NCBI RefSeq assembly: GCF_964355755.1
Contig: NC_092671.1
Location: 36,838,304 to 36,902,303 of the forward strand
DNA from: Antedon mediterranea
Taxonomy: Eukaryota > Animalia > Echinodermata
Direction of reading: 5' to 3'
DNA length: 64,000 nucleotides
This document shows positions 10,851-23,400 of this stretch, in pieces (position 1 is the stretch's first letter; every line of letters begins with the position of its first letter). The notes beneath the pieces were generated by a model. The model ran no database searches. It was not told the origin of the DNA and worked only from the letters and a program-made list of their open reading frames with translations. A program made the translations under genes and the position numbers.

Positions 10851-13800
10851 TTACATTAATGAAAAATATCGATCTTTGAACTCTGACATGAATTCGGCAA
10901 GTTTCATGGTTTCTTCAATTGTCGTAGCATTGTACAGTGAAGCACGAATTCCGCCAACAGATCTGAAGATATAAGTGTGTTTTTTTAATATCATATTTGG
11001 GATTTTTGTGAAGTAGTGTAAATATTATCAAAAATGATACTGTATACTATTGTTGTACACACAATATAAAATGTGTGCTCACACAAAAATGATTATTATT
11101 ATTAAATAATTCAATTTACACAGACGAGCAGTTACGGAAAGCTGCTTGCTTGGTCCACGTAGAATCTGTATTTATCCTGAGCGAAACCTGCCCGTCCGCT
11201 CCGTGTTGTGTGTAAATGGTTATAAGGAAATTACATAGATTCTATATTTGTGTGGACCCCTTTGAAAACAAGCCTAAATGGTTATCCCCTGCATTCCATG
11301 TTTAATTTCTCATATTTGTGTTTTGTTGGGGACCCCTTTGAAAACAAGCCTAAATGGTTATCCCCTGCATTCCATGTTTAATTTCTCATATTTGTGTTTT
11401 GTTGGGGACCCCTTTGAAAACAAGCCTAAATGGTTATCCCCTGCATTCCATGTTTAATTTCTCATATTTGTGTTTTGTTGGGGACCCCTTTGAAAACAAG
11501 CCTAAATGGTTATCCCCTGCATTCCATGTTTAATTTCTCATATTTGTGTTTTGTTGGGGACCCCTTTGAAAACAAGCCTAAATGGTTATCCCCTGCATTC
11601 CATGTTTAATTTCTCATATTTGTGTTTTGTTGGGGACCCCTTTGAAAACAAGCCTAAATGGTTATCCCCTGCATTCCATGTTTAATTTCTGAAGTTTAAT
11701 GTTTGTATTATTCTAGGTTTTTTATTTTCATTCATATTTTATGCTGTTTTAAATATAAATTGTATTGTGCTTGGAAAGTAATAATTATTACTTACTTAAT
11801 TATCTTTGTGTAAATTGGCCCTTAAGCTTTTTACTATATCAATGAATTTTTGTACTGTTTTATTATTTATTTATTTATTCAAATTACCTGTGTCCTTTGA
11901 GTGAGACCATGCCTTGCTTTTTAGCCTCTTCTACAAACTTCTTCTCCAGTTCTTCGTTGCCGCCTGGCCCTCCTATCCTGTATGTAATATTCATTCTACT
12001 TCTTGCACTGACATCAACTGGACAACTATTTAAAAATTAAAAAATGCATTATTATTGCTTGATTGTTTACGAGGTAAAGGTTCTATGAATAAATACAACA
12101 TATAAAGAAAATCTATCTGATTATGTTGCCATATCTAAATTAAGGAGACACTTTCTTGGCTCCTGGGTTCAAGTCCTGTCATATGTCCAGATTTTTTCTG
12201 ATGACAATTTATAACTCCACTCCCAAAGACTTGTAAAAATGACTTTGTTTATGTAGAGCATTCTTGTGTATTTATGTTTGTTTTGTGAACAGGATTTCCA
12301 CCTTTAAGAAGGATAGTGAATAAATTCGCTTATGGTTTAATCCTTGGCAATTTGCCTAAATATATGAAAACAAAACAATGTACAGAACAATTTACACTAT
12401 ACCTTACTGTATTTATAGGGATTGTCCTCTTACTGTCCCGGCGGAGGAATTCTCTTGTAATTCATACATATTTATCATACATCAATTGTTATGATACAGT
12501 ATTGTGTGTTTATTTTCATATTGGGACACAAATGTTTCCATAATAAGGGTGTCCCAAAAGTAGGTATTTAACCAATCTAAAGCTTTGTCTACACTATCAA
12601 ACTAGTTTGACAAAAAAGTGTGATATGACATCATCATGTCCATATATGGGCACATCACATGTTGCTGTCGCATAAACTTTGATATTGTAGACAGAGCTTA
12701 ACATAAATTTATACTAAAATTTAGTATTGAATCATTTAAAGGTTGTTTTCCCAATACGTTTATGTCAATAAATAACACTATTCAATACTACTATGATTTT
12801 TTTGAATGAATAAGGTTTAACTACATAATATATCAGCCTTTTACAAGGTCTTATAATACAGTACACAAACAATGTAAAAAAGTGATGGTATATTGTTGAA
12901 TAGACAGAAATAGACCTTAAATGGATTAGGGTTTAAAAGGACTATGAAAGGCATGATTTTAATACAAAATCAGAATATTTTGGGTTGGTCTTTTTAAACA
13001 GGTTATATACAAAACAAAATCCTGTAGATTTCCTGATCTGATCAACCTACACAAATACAGTGCAGTGTACCAGGAAGTGTAAAGAACTTGGTAACCAAAA
13101 CAAGACAAAACAAGGACTACAGTAGTATTTTAAAATTCATTCAATAGTCAATTCATGTAAAGCCAGGCAAAGCAACAAAATATCTATGCTTACCAAAGTC
13201 TAATTCATAGGAAGGTATGGCAATGTTTTTTGGCAAGGAAAAATTTCAACTTTAAAATTTGTTTAGCAATTCGTTTATTTTTGTTTCGTTTATTTATTTA
13301 GCAATATAAAATAATAATAAATATTATTTATAACAGATTTTTGAGTCGAGAAACACAGTTTTGTATTGCATTTTTTGCTACACAATTTTAGAAATGAGTA
13401 GCAATATGGTTGTTTTGTAGCTTTTTGCTATGCTACACTGGTGAAATATATCTCGGTATCTTTCCCTGTTGGGGCATGAGAAGTGCACTTATACCAATTC
13501 ATGTCTATTACTCCCACACTATAGTACAATTAAATTTATTATATAACCAAAATGTGTTTTAAATTCCCTCATAGTTCACTCACCAGTAAAAGTTTTCGGA
13601 GTTATCAATGACATCATATAATAAATTAGACTTCTTTATACTTCGTTCTTCCATAACTTTAACACCACCTTGTTTTTTAACCCATTCAAACACCAAACCC
13701 ATTATATAAATACTGTAATAATAAAAAAAGACATTTAAAACTATTAGTTATGTATTAGAAACTGTAAAACAGACTATGTTGGCCTTTCATCTATTCAGGA

Positions 13801-16800
13801 CACTTTGTCCCAAAGGTGTATTCCTAATTTGGATTCTACTAGATCTTAAACTAAGCAAGAGGCAGTTCGTGTAATTATTAGATGTAATCTCCCCTTGAAA
13901 AATAATTTGTTAAATTCTTGTTGTTGAATATGCCATTTTAATGTCACATAATACTTATTCACTTTGGCCAAAAAATGGATTGAAAAAAAAAAATAGTCAA
14001 ATTGGCTGTCAGCCAATGTAATGGTTTTTGGGTTGAATTTAACCGTTTATTTTGTCATTTTATAACTGCAAACATTTTTTGGGGGTTTGCAGACCGAAAG
14101 TCTGGTTTTATTAATCTTCATTTTTCATGTTTTTGAATATACACCTTTAAGAATTATTTTAAATTTACCTGTATACAGGTGGTGTATTGTATAATGAGTT
14201 CATGCCAACTTGTGTCTTGTAATCAAGTATAATAGGGCATTCTGGGATTGACGTTCCGACAAGATCCTCTCTTACAATAACTGCAGTGACACCAGCACAT
14301 CCCATGTTTTTCTGTGCTCCAGCATAAATTAAACCGTGCTACAAAATAAATAATGTACAGAACATCCTCAAAAGTTATACCAGAGAGAACTCAAAATGAA
14401 AATGAAGTAATAAGAACAGGAATAAAAAAAATAAAAAAAAAATTATGGTATTCAAATAGCTAATTGTATGTAAAGATATTGTCCCTCAAAAAATAATTTT
14501 TATATAGTTATTCATTTGAACAAAAACTGGATAAAAAAAACCAAAATTATTTACATGAAAAAATGTAATTTAAAATACTTAAATTGTCCGTCAGACAATT
14601 GTTTTTGGTTAAAATTAAACGTTTCTTTTGTCTCTTTATAAGTGAAATAATTTGCAAAATGGCCTACAGTATTTGAAGTCTGATTTTCTGTCTAACAACA
14701 CATCTTTAAAATGTGTGCAATAATTGCTTATTTGCCATTGATAAACACAATCAATTCTTTAAACCAATTATTTTGAACAAGTCCTGGCATACAATAACAG
14801 ATTATTATCGTGTTAAAGATGTATTGTCCCCCAAAAACATGAAAAATGAAGATTAATTAAATCAGACTTTGAATATGTTATTTTGTAGTTTTAATTAGGT
14901 AATCACTTCCATAAGAAAAAAAACGAAAATTATGTTTTCACGTGTAAAATGACCGAATAAATGGTTAAATTCAACCAAAAATCCATTGGCTGGCAGCCAA
15001 TTTGACAATTTTTTGCTTTAAATTACATTTTTTTAGGTAAATTTTTTTCAATCCAATTTTTGGTCAATGTGGATAAGGCCAAATAAAAAAACATACTTGT
15101 TAAGCGTCAGCGCCCGCTCCTGATTATCCAGCCGCCTCTCTTTTTATTTTTATTTTTTTTTTACCCATATACAACGGAAAGTTCAGCGGCCCGGCCCAGC
15201 TCCAGAGCAGGGCTCAAAATTCACTCTAGCAAACTAGGATTTTGCTAGTAGATTCTTCATAATTGCTAGTTGAAAATTTCAAAACTAGCAAATGTTTGCT
15301 AGGCTGGTGTAATTTTTGAAAAATACGTACTTCTTAGCTTAGCCACGCTAGCCACCGATCGCTCTATGTCGACAACGGCAATTTGGTGAAAACAATTGTT
15401 TCATTTACACGCCGCCGATTTACGTCAAGGAAACACGAATAGCACCGCGAATCATGTAATGTGGTAAACAGCAAGCTTTTTCCCCAACACATTAAATCAC
15501 GTGCATTTAGTACGTCGCTGAGGATTACATCATCAGTCACGTGATTACAGAATACACGATTATCAATTTAGGGATTTAACGAAATAAATATTTTGCCTAC
15601 ACAGTGGTCGAAGCGCGTTTTTTATAGGTTCGTAAATAGGAAACACCCCATACATAATGGACTCTACCAATTTTGTTTACGATGTTCTCACGCTCGAGAT
15701 CGGCACACCACGAGGTCCTGTTGGGCGATGGGCGATGGGTTTTCTTATGCCTGGTTTACCTGTGGAATAATTACACACACTGTTCGCATTACAACTTTAA
15801 ATACTGATTTACACAGCAATTGGCAAAGGATTCATCAAAGAAGAATGAATACGTTGAATAAAAATTCACTTAAGAAATGCCGTAAGCTGTTTTCAAAATC
15901 AGCCCACTATTTAGTATTATTGAGACCAACATCATGCTTCTCGCGATAGGGAATTTCCTGGATAGATGAGTTGAGCGAGAGACGGCGGACCATGGCCGAT
16001 GAGTGAGGCGGGGGTAGCAGCTTGGACAGATTAGCCTAGGGCCTACAATTTCGCTCGGTGGCAATTAAATTTAATGTTTTAATTACGTCTGGATATAAAC
16101 AATACAAAACTCAATTTTCATACATAGTCAATTTTGTTCTGTTTCGCATTTTAAAAGTTTGACGTTTCGTCCTAAAAAAAAGTGGGCCAAAACGTCCATC
16201 GCGCAAAAATATACCTCCATAAAAAGCAAAAAAAAAAAAAAAAACCGTCCCCCCGCCCCTGAAAATTTATGAGGGTGTGACGCTTAACAAGTATTTTTTT
16301 TTATTTGGCCTAACTATTATGTTACATTAAAATGGAATATTCAACAAAAAATTTTTTAAGAATTATTTTTTCAGGGGGACAATACATCTTTAAATGTTTA
16401 CCCCATGTCAATTGAATTCTTTGAAAATAAGTACATATACATATTTGTATTGGTTGAGTTTTTTTTTAAAGAAAAGGTAAGGTTATCACTCAATTCATCA
16501 TGCTACTAAGTCCTGGAGGATGAATTATTTACTCATTTAACTAAATAATAAAATAATCATAAACACATTTGGTCATGGATTATTGCTGGTACGGTCCGGT
16601 TTCTGCTGCCTAAAAATAACCGGTGGTGAATAAATTAACTCCAATTTCTTGGGAGCAGAAACAGGACAATTTTGTGGTAACCGGTTAAAAGGCAGCGCAC
16701 AATGACCAGTTAAAAACACCCATTCAATTCGGTGTTAGAACGCCATTTAATTGGTTATCAATGAGCAATTTTTAGCTGCAACACAAAATAATGGTTATTT

Positions 16801-19485
16801 GATTGACAGCTGCTGACCCCGAGTTAACTACACTACAGTAACGTTTGAATTAACCGCCAGGACCAATTGCATTTTGGGTAATTCTAATGATTTTTGTCAA
16901 CAACCACCCACTGATTTTAAATGGTTATTTTGAAGCAAAAATTGAGCAGAAATGCAGTCATTATAAAAATTACATTTTTGAAATAATCGGTTTATTCGGC
17001 GCTATGCAGCAGAAACAGACCGTAAGATACTCCTTAATTACAGATGGCAAATTCAATCAAATTCTCATTCTCAAGGGCAGTGAACCACTGAGCAGACAAC
17101 AACAAATAGGTAGCATAATTTACCTTGGCAACATCAATTGGTCTTGACAACATATTTGATGAACTGTCACAAACTAAAGGAACGTTAGGTAATGTGTAGG
17201 GTGTCTGCTGGAACTCAACGCCTGTAAAAAATATCAGAAAAATCAGCATATTTTAGGTATTTTTAAACGTATGTATTTACATTAGGCTCTGTCTACACTA
17301 TCAAACTTTATGTGACAAACAAAATGTGATGTGCCCATTTATGGACATGATGATGTCATATCACTACCATATTTGGGCATATCACACACTTTTTTGTCAA
17401 AACTAATTTGATAGTGTGGACAGAGCTTTAGAGATGTATACTATGATTGTATAAAACTCACCATGTACAGTTTCATTATTACAATAATACAAATATTTAG
17501 CATCTGGATTCAGATTCCATGTGTCATGTGATGGGATACCTATTTAATAAAATGCAGAAAAAAATATCAAATCATAGTCAATGTTTTATATTTTTATTAC
17601 TAAACTTTAATATTTTTTTTTTTCAAAGTAATTTTTTTTTAATACTGCAATGTCATTGTCAAAAATACAAATTAGAAATAAAAATTCTAAATTATTAAAT
17701 TTAACATTTTTCATGGTGATGAGAAGATAAAATACAGATAAAATTAAATATTTATTCTCAAAACCAGTTCACTGTGGCTTTTACATAAGAGTTAAGTTCA
17801 GTGCTATTTTTTTATTCACTGGCATTCCAAAATGACATTTTAATATTAAGTTTCTTCCCAATATGTTTTTATAAATTTCATTTTATGTATTGAACTTCTT
17901 ATAGAACTATTAAATAACCAAAAACACTTTTTGATTTGAGTTAATACTTAAAACCACAAACAGCTGGTGCATATAGCATAAACACCCCTATTAAAGATAA
18001 TGTAGCAGTCCAACATAAAGACTTTACACTTCACTGGCCTTATTAGGATTACTGATTTCCTTTACAGTCTACTTCCCCCATATTTGGAACATGCGATATT
18101 GCATCAGCCATATTAGGTGAAGCTCCTCCCATATTTGGAAGCCACGTAAGCTATTTCATCAGCCATATTAGGTTTTTGATGTACCTTATTAGGGTGAGGT
18201 TTTCTAGCTGCCATATTAGGGAGATATCTCCCCATATTTGGGAGGCAGTTATAGTAAACTTTTTTATTCAACATACAAATGGATATTCAATGATTTTCCA
18301 AAAGAAATTAATGCATTTTTGCTGAATTTAACTACTGCTTAAACATCTAAGTGTACAAAAACACAATTTAACACAAATTTAGACAATTATTATGTCTGAT
18401 TTACGTCTGAAATATCATTATATAATGAATAACTGCAATGAATTGTACTAACCTGTGTAGGCTTTTGGTTTTTTGAAAACCTCTTGTACTTTTCCGTATT
18501 TCTGTGCCTCTTTTAATGCCTTTGCTGACCAACTTCCAGTCACAATGTAATCGGCTGTACCCCCATTCAAAATATTCATAGGCACTGCGCTAAATTGACC
18601 AGTACCACCTCCAGGTAAAAATAACACCTTGTAATTGTCTGGAATGTCACTGAAAGGGGGAAAAAATTTCACATTTAATACAAAAATATTTCTTTTATTT
18701 TAAATTACCATGAAATTACTGAGTATTTTTTTGTGTTTTTTTTTACGCATTGATAAATGTTTTTAAAAATATTATTAAAATCATAAAATTCTATTAAAAC
18801 ACTCACAGCAAGTCTCTATAATCTTGTTCTACTTTGTTCATTATTTTACCAAATTCAGCAGAACGGTGACTGAGTTCTGAAATAAGAAACACAGACAGGG
18901 GTTGTATGATTTTATTTTAATTAAAAAAAATATGTTGTGGCAAATTGTTAAAATTTTAAGAAAAAAAAACTTACCCATAATGCTGACTCCCAACCCAGAA
19001 TAATTCATCATTTCTCGCTGAGCAGTTAGAAGAACCTTTAAAAACAAAATTAGGATCATCAAAAGAGAAAGGAAGCAACAAAAAAAAATTATTATTATTA
19101 TTGACATAGGCCTAATGAATGGACAATAAGAACATTAAGATGGCTCCACTTTAGTCTTTAATCTTTATTTTTTTTTATAAAGATCGCATAGGCTACAACA
19201 CTGAATCAACACCTTTATTTACGTCGTAATTAATCTCAGTTAAATAACATTTAGTCCCGTTGGATTCTAAACGGGCCTAAAACCGACCTTCTTTGTTTTC
19301 CTTGAGGTCCGGGATGGATGTCCCAGCTTCTCAGGCCAGGGCCAACCACCAAGACATTTCATTTCCTACACAACACACCTTTACTTTAAACGATTGTAAA
19401 GGCTGTAAAAACCTACCTCTTCGGGTAATTTTGCTGGTCCTGCGGCGAAGTTAATCACTCTTTGATGATCAATAGCGTTGGCCAT
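10851..19485 (-). CDS. PSAT1: Phosphoserine aminotransferase, 373 aa, 10 exons
   Basis: Exons (5'->3') 19485-19417, 19035-18975, 18876-18807, 18649-18453, 17539-17462, 17221-17124, 14338-14169, 13712-13584, 12025-11888, 10962-10851 total 1122 nt, all GT-AG. Motifs [49 protein letters not shown] (PLP lysine), [20 protein letters not shown]. Confidence 0.97.
11112..11823. mobile_element. Harbinger-like MITE hosting a tandem array
   Basis: Ends CAATTTACACAGA ... TGTGTAAATTGGCCC. The 11112-11225 part is the reverse complement of part of the uninterrupted copy at ~57992-58168. Confidence 0.6.
11243..11690. repeat. 76-bp tandem repeat, ~6 near-identical copies
   Basis: GACCCCTTTGAAAACAAGCCTAAATGGTTATCCCCTGCATTCCATGTTTAATTTCTCATATTTGTGTTTTGTTGGG recurs at 76-bp intervals from ~11255 to ~11635. 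Confidence 0.95.
14817..16389. mobile_element. Kolobok-like non-autonomous DNA element (TTAA TSD) containing a nested insertion
   Basis: TTAA|AGATGTATTGTCCCCC ... GGGGGACAATACATCT|TTAA. Related fragments lie at ~13885-14050 and ~14470-14710. Confidence 0.75.
15077..16310. mobile_element. Non-autonomous TIR element (TAA TSD) nested in the Kolobok-like element
   Basis: TAA|GGCCAAATAAAAAAACATACTTGTTAAGCGTCA ... TGACGCTTAACAAGTATTTTTTTTTATTTGGCC|TAA. The empty site is visible in the related copy at ~13945-13985. Confidence 0.85.
16590..17024. mobile_element. Degenerate MITE with TACGG...CCGTA ends
   Basis: TACGGTCCGGTTTCTGCTGC at the left versus GCAGCAGAAACAGACCGTA at the right. No clear TSD. 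Confidence 0.5.
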
Positions 19486-20448
19486 CTTTCTTACTTTTTT
19501 CTCGATTTTTGAGGAGATATTTTTTGTTGAACACGCTTGACCACACTGCGACTTCACAATAAATTGTGATCGGAAAAATCCAAACAGCGGTGACCGAATC
19601 ATAATAAAATTGACACTAAGCACAGTTAGCGCGTCACGAATCCTTGAATGTTATTGGATGCACGGTAGTCAGATCATTAATATACACGATTTGATTGGCT
19701 AACTAATTCCATGCAACACGCGAATACTTCATGTTAGCTTAGTTCTCTCTGCAGGTGAGTTTCAAATAGAGGGCGACAAATAAACTTTTATATAATATGA
19801 TGATTACTGCTGCTCCTGCTTTTTTTGTGTTTAGCATTTTTTTGTAATGGAAAATTTTGGGAAGGTGTACAATAATGGTTATACAGTATTTACGTAATAT
19901 CTTTAGAATATGAATAATACAACAGAACTAAACAAACTTTTTTTTCTAGTTTATTTCTTTGTGCAACTCCAGCTTGTTTGAGTAAATGCTGTATGGCTTG
20001 GTTCAGTACACACTCACAACTATTATCCTTTTTATAATTAACATGGATAAATAAGAAAAATAACTTTTTCTGCATGTCTATGGATTACATATTGTATATA
20101 CTGTATTGTTTTCTAATTGAACTTTAAACTGCAATTCTAAACTAGCTGACAAGGTAACAAAAAATAATATTTTTATTATTTTGCATCTATAGTTCTTAAA
20201 ATTATGGCAAAAAATGGAAATGATAGTTTTGATATTTGCATTAATATATTGTTTATATAACTTATGCTAATTATATATATTATTATTAATAGATATATGA
20301 ATTACTTAACACAGGGATTGATCACATCAACACAAATAAAATTGTATAATTTGACAAAATAAAATCAGGTAATCTAGTAGCTACCCATCTTTTTTTAGAA
20401 GTTCAACTTCAATCGAATGAAATATTACAGTTTTTTAATGCTAAATTT

Positions 20449-23400
20449 CTAAGCTGGAATAATACGCATAGTGTTGGTAAAGCCTTGTCCTCCACGCCAT
20501 CCAGTAATGCAAATAATCGCAGCGCCCTCTTGGAAGAATCCTCGCTTCTTACCAATGTCAACTGCATATTTAATACGGTTATCTACGTCTTCTTGCCACT
20601 CGGCGCAAACCGGTTCGGAATAATGTACCGGGAAACAACCACGCCATAAGTGGATCTTGCGAAGAACACTCTGATCACGGCTTACAGTAAGCACGGGAGC
20701 CAATGGCCTGAATCTGGATATCAAGTGTGCAGACCTGTAAAAAGTTGTTGTACATTGTTGAGTATGTAATACATTACAGATACCTATTATACATCACAGA
20801 CATCTATAATAGAGAAAGTAAATTGGTCATAATTCATAATAAAATAAAACGTTGCTACATACTTCCCGGTTCTTGTAAGAACAATAATAGCGCCAGCCTG
20901 ACATTTAAACGAAGCACCAACAGCAGCCAAGGCAATGGTTTCAGCAGGGTCAGTTGGAATCGCTACTTCACGAAGACGTTCTTCATATGATTGTCGGTGG
21001 AATAAAGCTGCCTCTGCTTCACGAGCAATCTAAATATAATATTTTAATTTGTTAATTCATTTAATAAACTGACTGGTTAAGCATATTTATTTGAGCATCA
21101 AATTATAGACAACAAATAACATTATTTCTTACTGAGTGCATCATCTTAACTGCTTCAACAGGGTATTTCCCTTTTGCCGTTTCCCCTGACAACATAATAC
21201 AGTCACACCCATCTAAGACTGCGTTAGCGACATCACTGGTCTCTGCTCTTGTAGGGCGTGGATTTTTAACCATACTTTCTAACATCTGTATAAGTAGTAA
21301 AAGAATATGGTTATTTATTATTTAATCAAATAATTATAATTTCTTTATAAGTTGTTGTCATCACAATAATATATGTTAAATGATATGGAAACAGCAGAAA
21401 ATCATCTTAAGCTCTGTCTACACTATCAAACTAGTTTGACAAAAAAGGTGTTATGTGCCCAAATATGGTAGTGATATGGCCAAATATGATAGTGATATGC
21501 CCAAATATGGTAGTGATATGACATCATCATGTTCATATATGGGTGCATCATATTTTTTTGTCACATAAAGTTTGATAGTGTAGACAAAGCTTAAAGCTCT
21601 ACACTATCAAACTAGGTTTTACAAAAAAGGTGCAATGTGTCCAAATATTGTAGTGATATGCTTCAATATGGTAGTGATATGACATCATCATGTCCATATA
21701 TGGACACATCACACTTTTTTTGGTCAAACTAGATTGATAGTGTAGACAGAGTTTTAGATTCAAAGATCTTTCTTTACCTGTGTTGCACATATAACTGGTT
21801 TCCCCACTCTATTGCACTGACTTATCATTTTCTTTTGTGCCAAGAAAACCAACTCTGCTTTGATTTCAATACCAAGATCACCCCTAGCCACCATCACACC
21901 ATCTGTCACCTTCAGAATGTCCTCAAAACTAAAGAAAAAATGACAAATTGTAGAAATCTACTGTAATATTATACCTTATTGTGGTTACCATTATAACAAA
22001 TGTACGATTGATTGAATAAAGTTCACATATATGTAGCACTCTTTATATAAATGACACAGACTGTTGTTATATTCTCTCAATGATGGTACTTCATTTACAC
22101 TATATACAGGTACACAGAGAGTGATTAAGTTGTAGCTATCGGTTCAAGTTATTTCCAAATTGTGTTAATCTACAAGAAGTGTTAATTACAGAACATACAT
22201 GACTATTTAAGGAGTAGCCCAGTGAGGTGACTTATCAGTTCAGTGACCCTCCTTGTCCCCTCCCAAGAGCTGGTATATCCATTAAGATCACACCCAAGTA
22301 ATCATTAGTAAGTTATTACCAATTCCATAGAATAAGGCAATTAATTATTAGGAGTTGACACCTTTGGTTACAGCCCAGGTCTATAGTCTACATTAGTTAA
22401 GTATGGAAAACCACATGAATTCCAGGAGAGCGAGTGACCTGCTACATCTATATAGAACAAAATTGTAATTTAATACTACTTTTAAGTTGTAAAATGAAAT
22501 GTTCAACATAAGCTAATGGTTTATTTTTTGCATTGTATATTCCACAATTTAGGAATCCCATCCATGTATGTAATAAATTCTAATTTAAGCTCTGTCTACA
22601 CTATCAAACTAGTTTTACAAAAAAAGTGTGATGTGTCCAAACATGGTAGTGATATTCCCAAATATGGTAGTGATATGACATCATCATAAAGTTTGATAGT
22701 GTAAACAGAGCTTTACTTAGGTTGACTAATGCTTCTATTCTCTACTCTATCAATTATAAATAAATTTGTTAACATGCAAAAGTCAATGTGGTAACTAGTC
22801 GTGAAAGTTGAATTGGATTTTTAATGTGGATATCAGAAAATATCATTACTCTTTCTCTCCATACAACAGTAAACTGTGACCTATTATACGTTTTTAACCC
22901 AACTACTACTACAATACATATTAAAAACTGCAAACACTACTTCCATTCTTTATGCTAGTTGTGTAACACACCATATTAAGACTTATTAATTATCAAATAT
23001 TATTATTAGTTTATATAAATATCATTTTAGTATCTTGTATGTAATTTAACCTATACCTATCTTGGTATTAATTTTTAAATTGTTTCTTAATATTGTACAT
23101 CAGCTTCGGCTGGATGGACCACCCTCGTAAAATATTGTTGAAATCAAATAAAAATGAATGAGACTATACATACTTTTGCAGCCCCTCTTCATTTTCAATT
23201 TTGCTGATAACGAGCACCTTTTTCCCAGCTTCCCCCAGGCATTCACGCACAGCTTCCACGTCCTCCTTCTTACGAATGAACGACGCAAACACCATCTCAA
23301 TCTAAACGAGAACAATTTCAAGAGAGTTAATTCCTTGAAAACATAATAATTATATAGCTGCATTCATGGTAATTTAGGGGGAAACTATCAAACTAGTTGA

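Noticed and set aside
11243-11690. Regular repeat array as possible CRISPR or ncRNA cluster
   Set aside because: The units are identical head-to-tail with no variable spacers, so it is a simple tandem duplication.
23100-23155. Shared GGCTGGATGGACCACCCTCGTAAAATATTG motif (also 25868-25900) as a regulatory element
   Set aside because: It is followed by A-rich tails in both places, so it is more simply the 3' ends of truncated retroposon copies.
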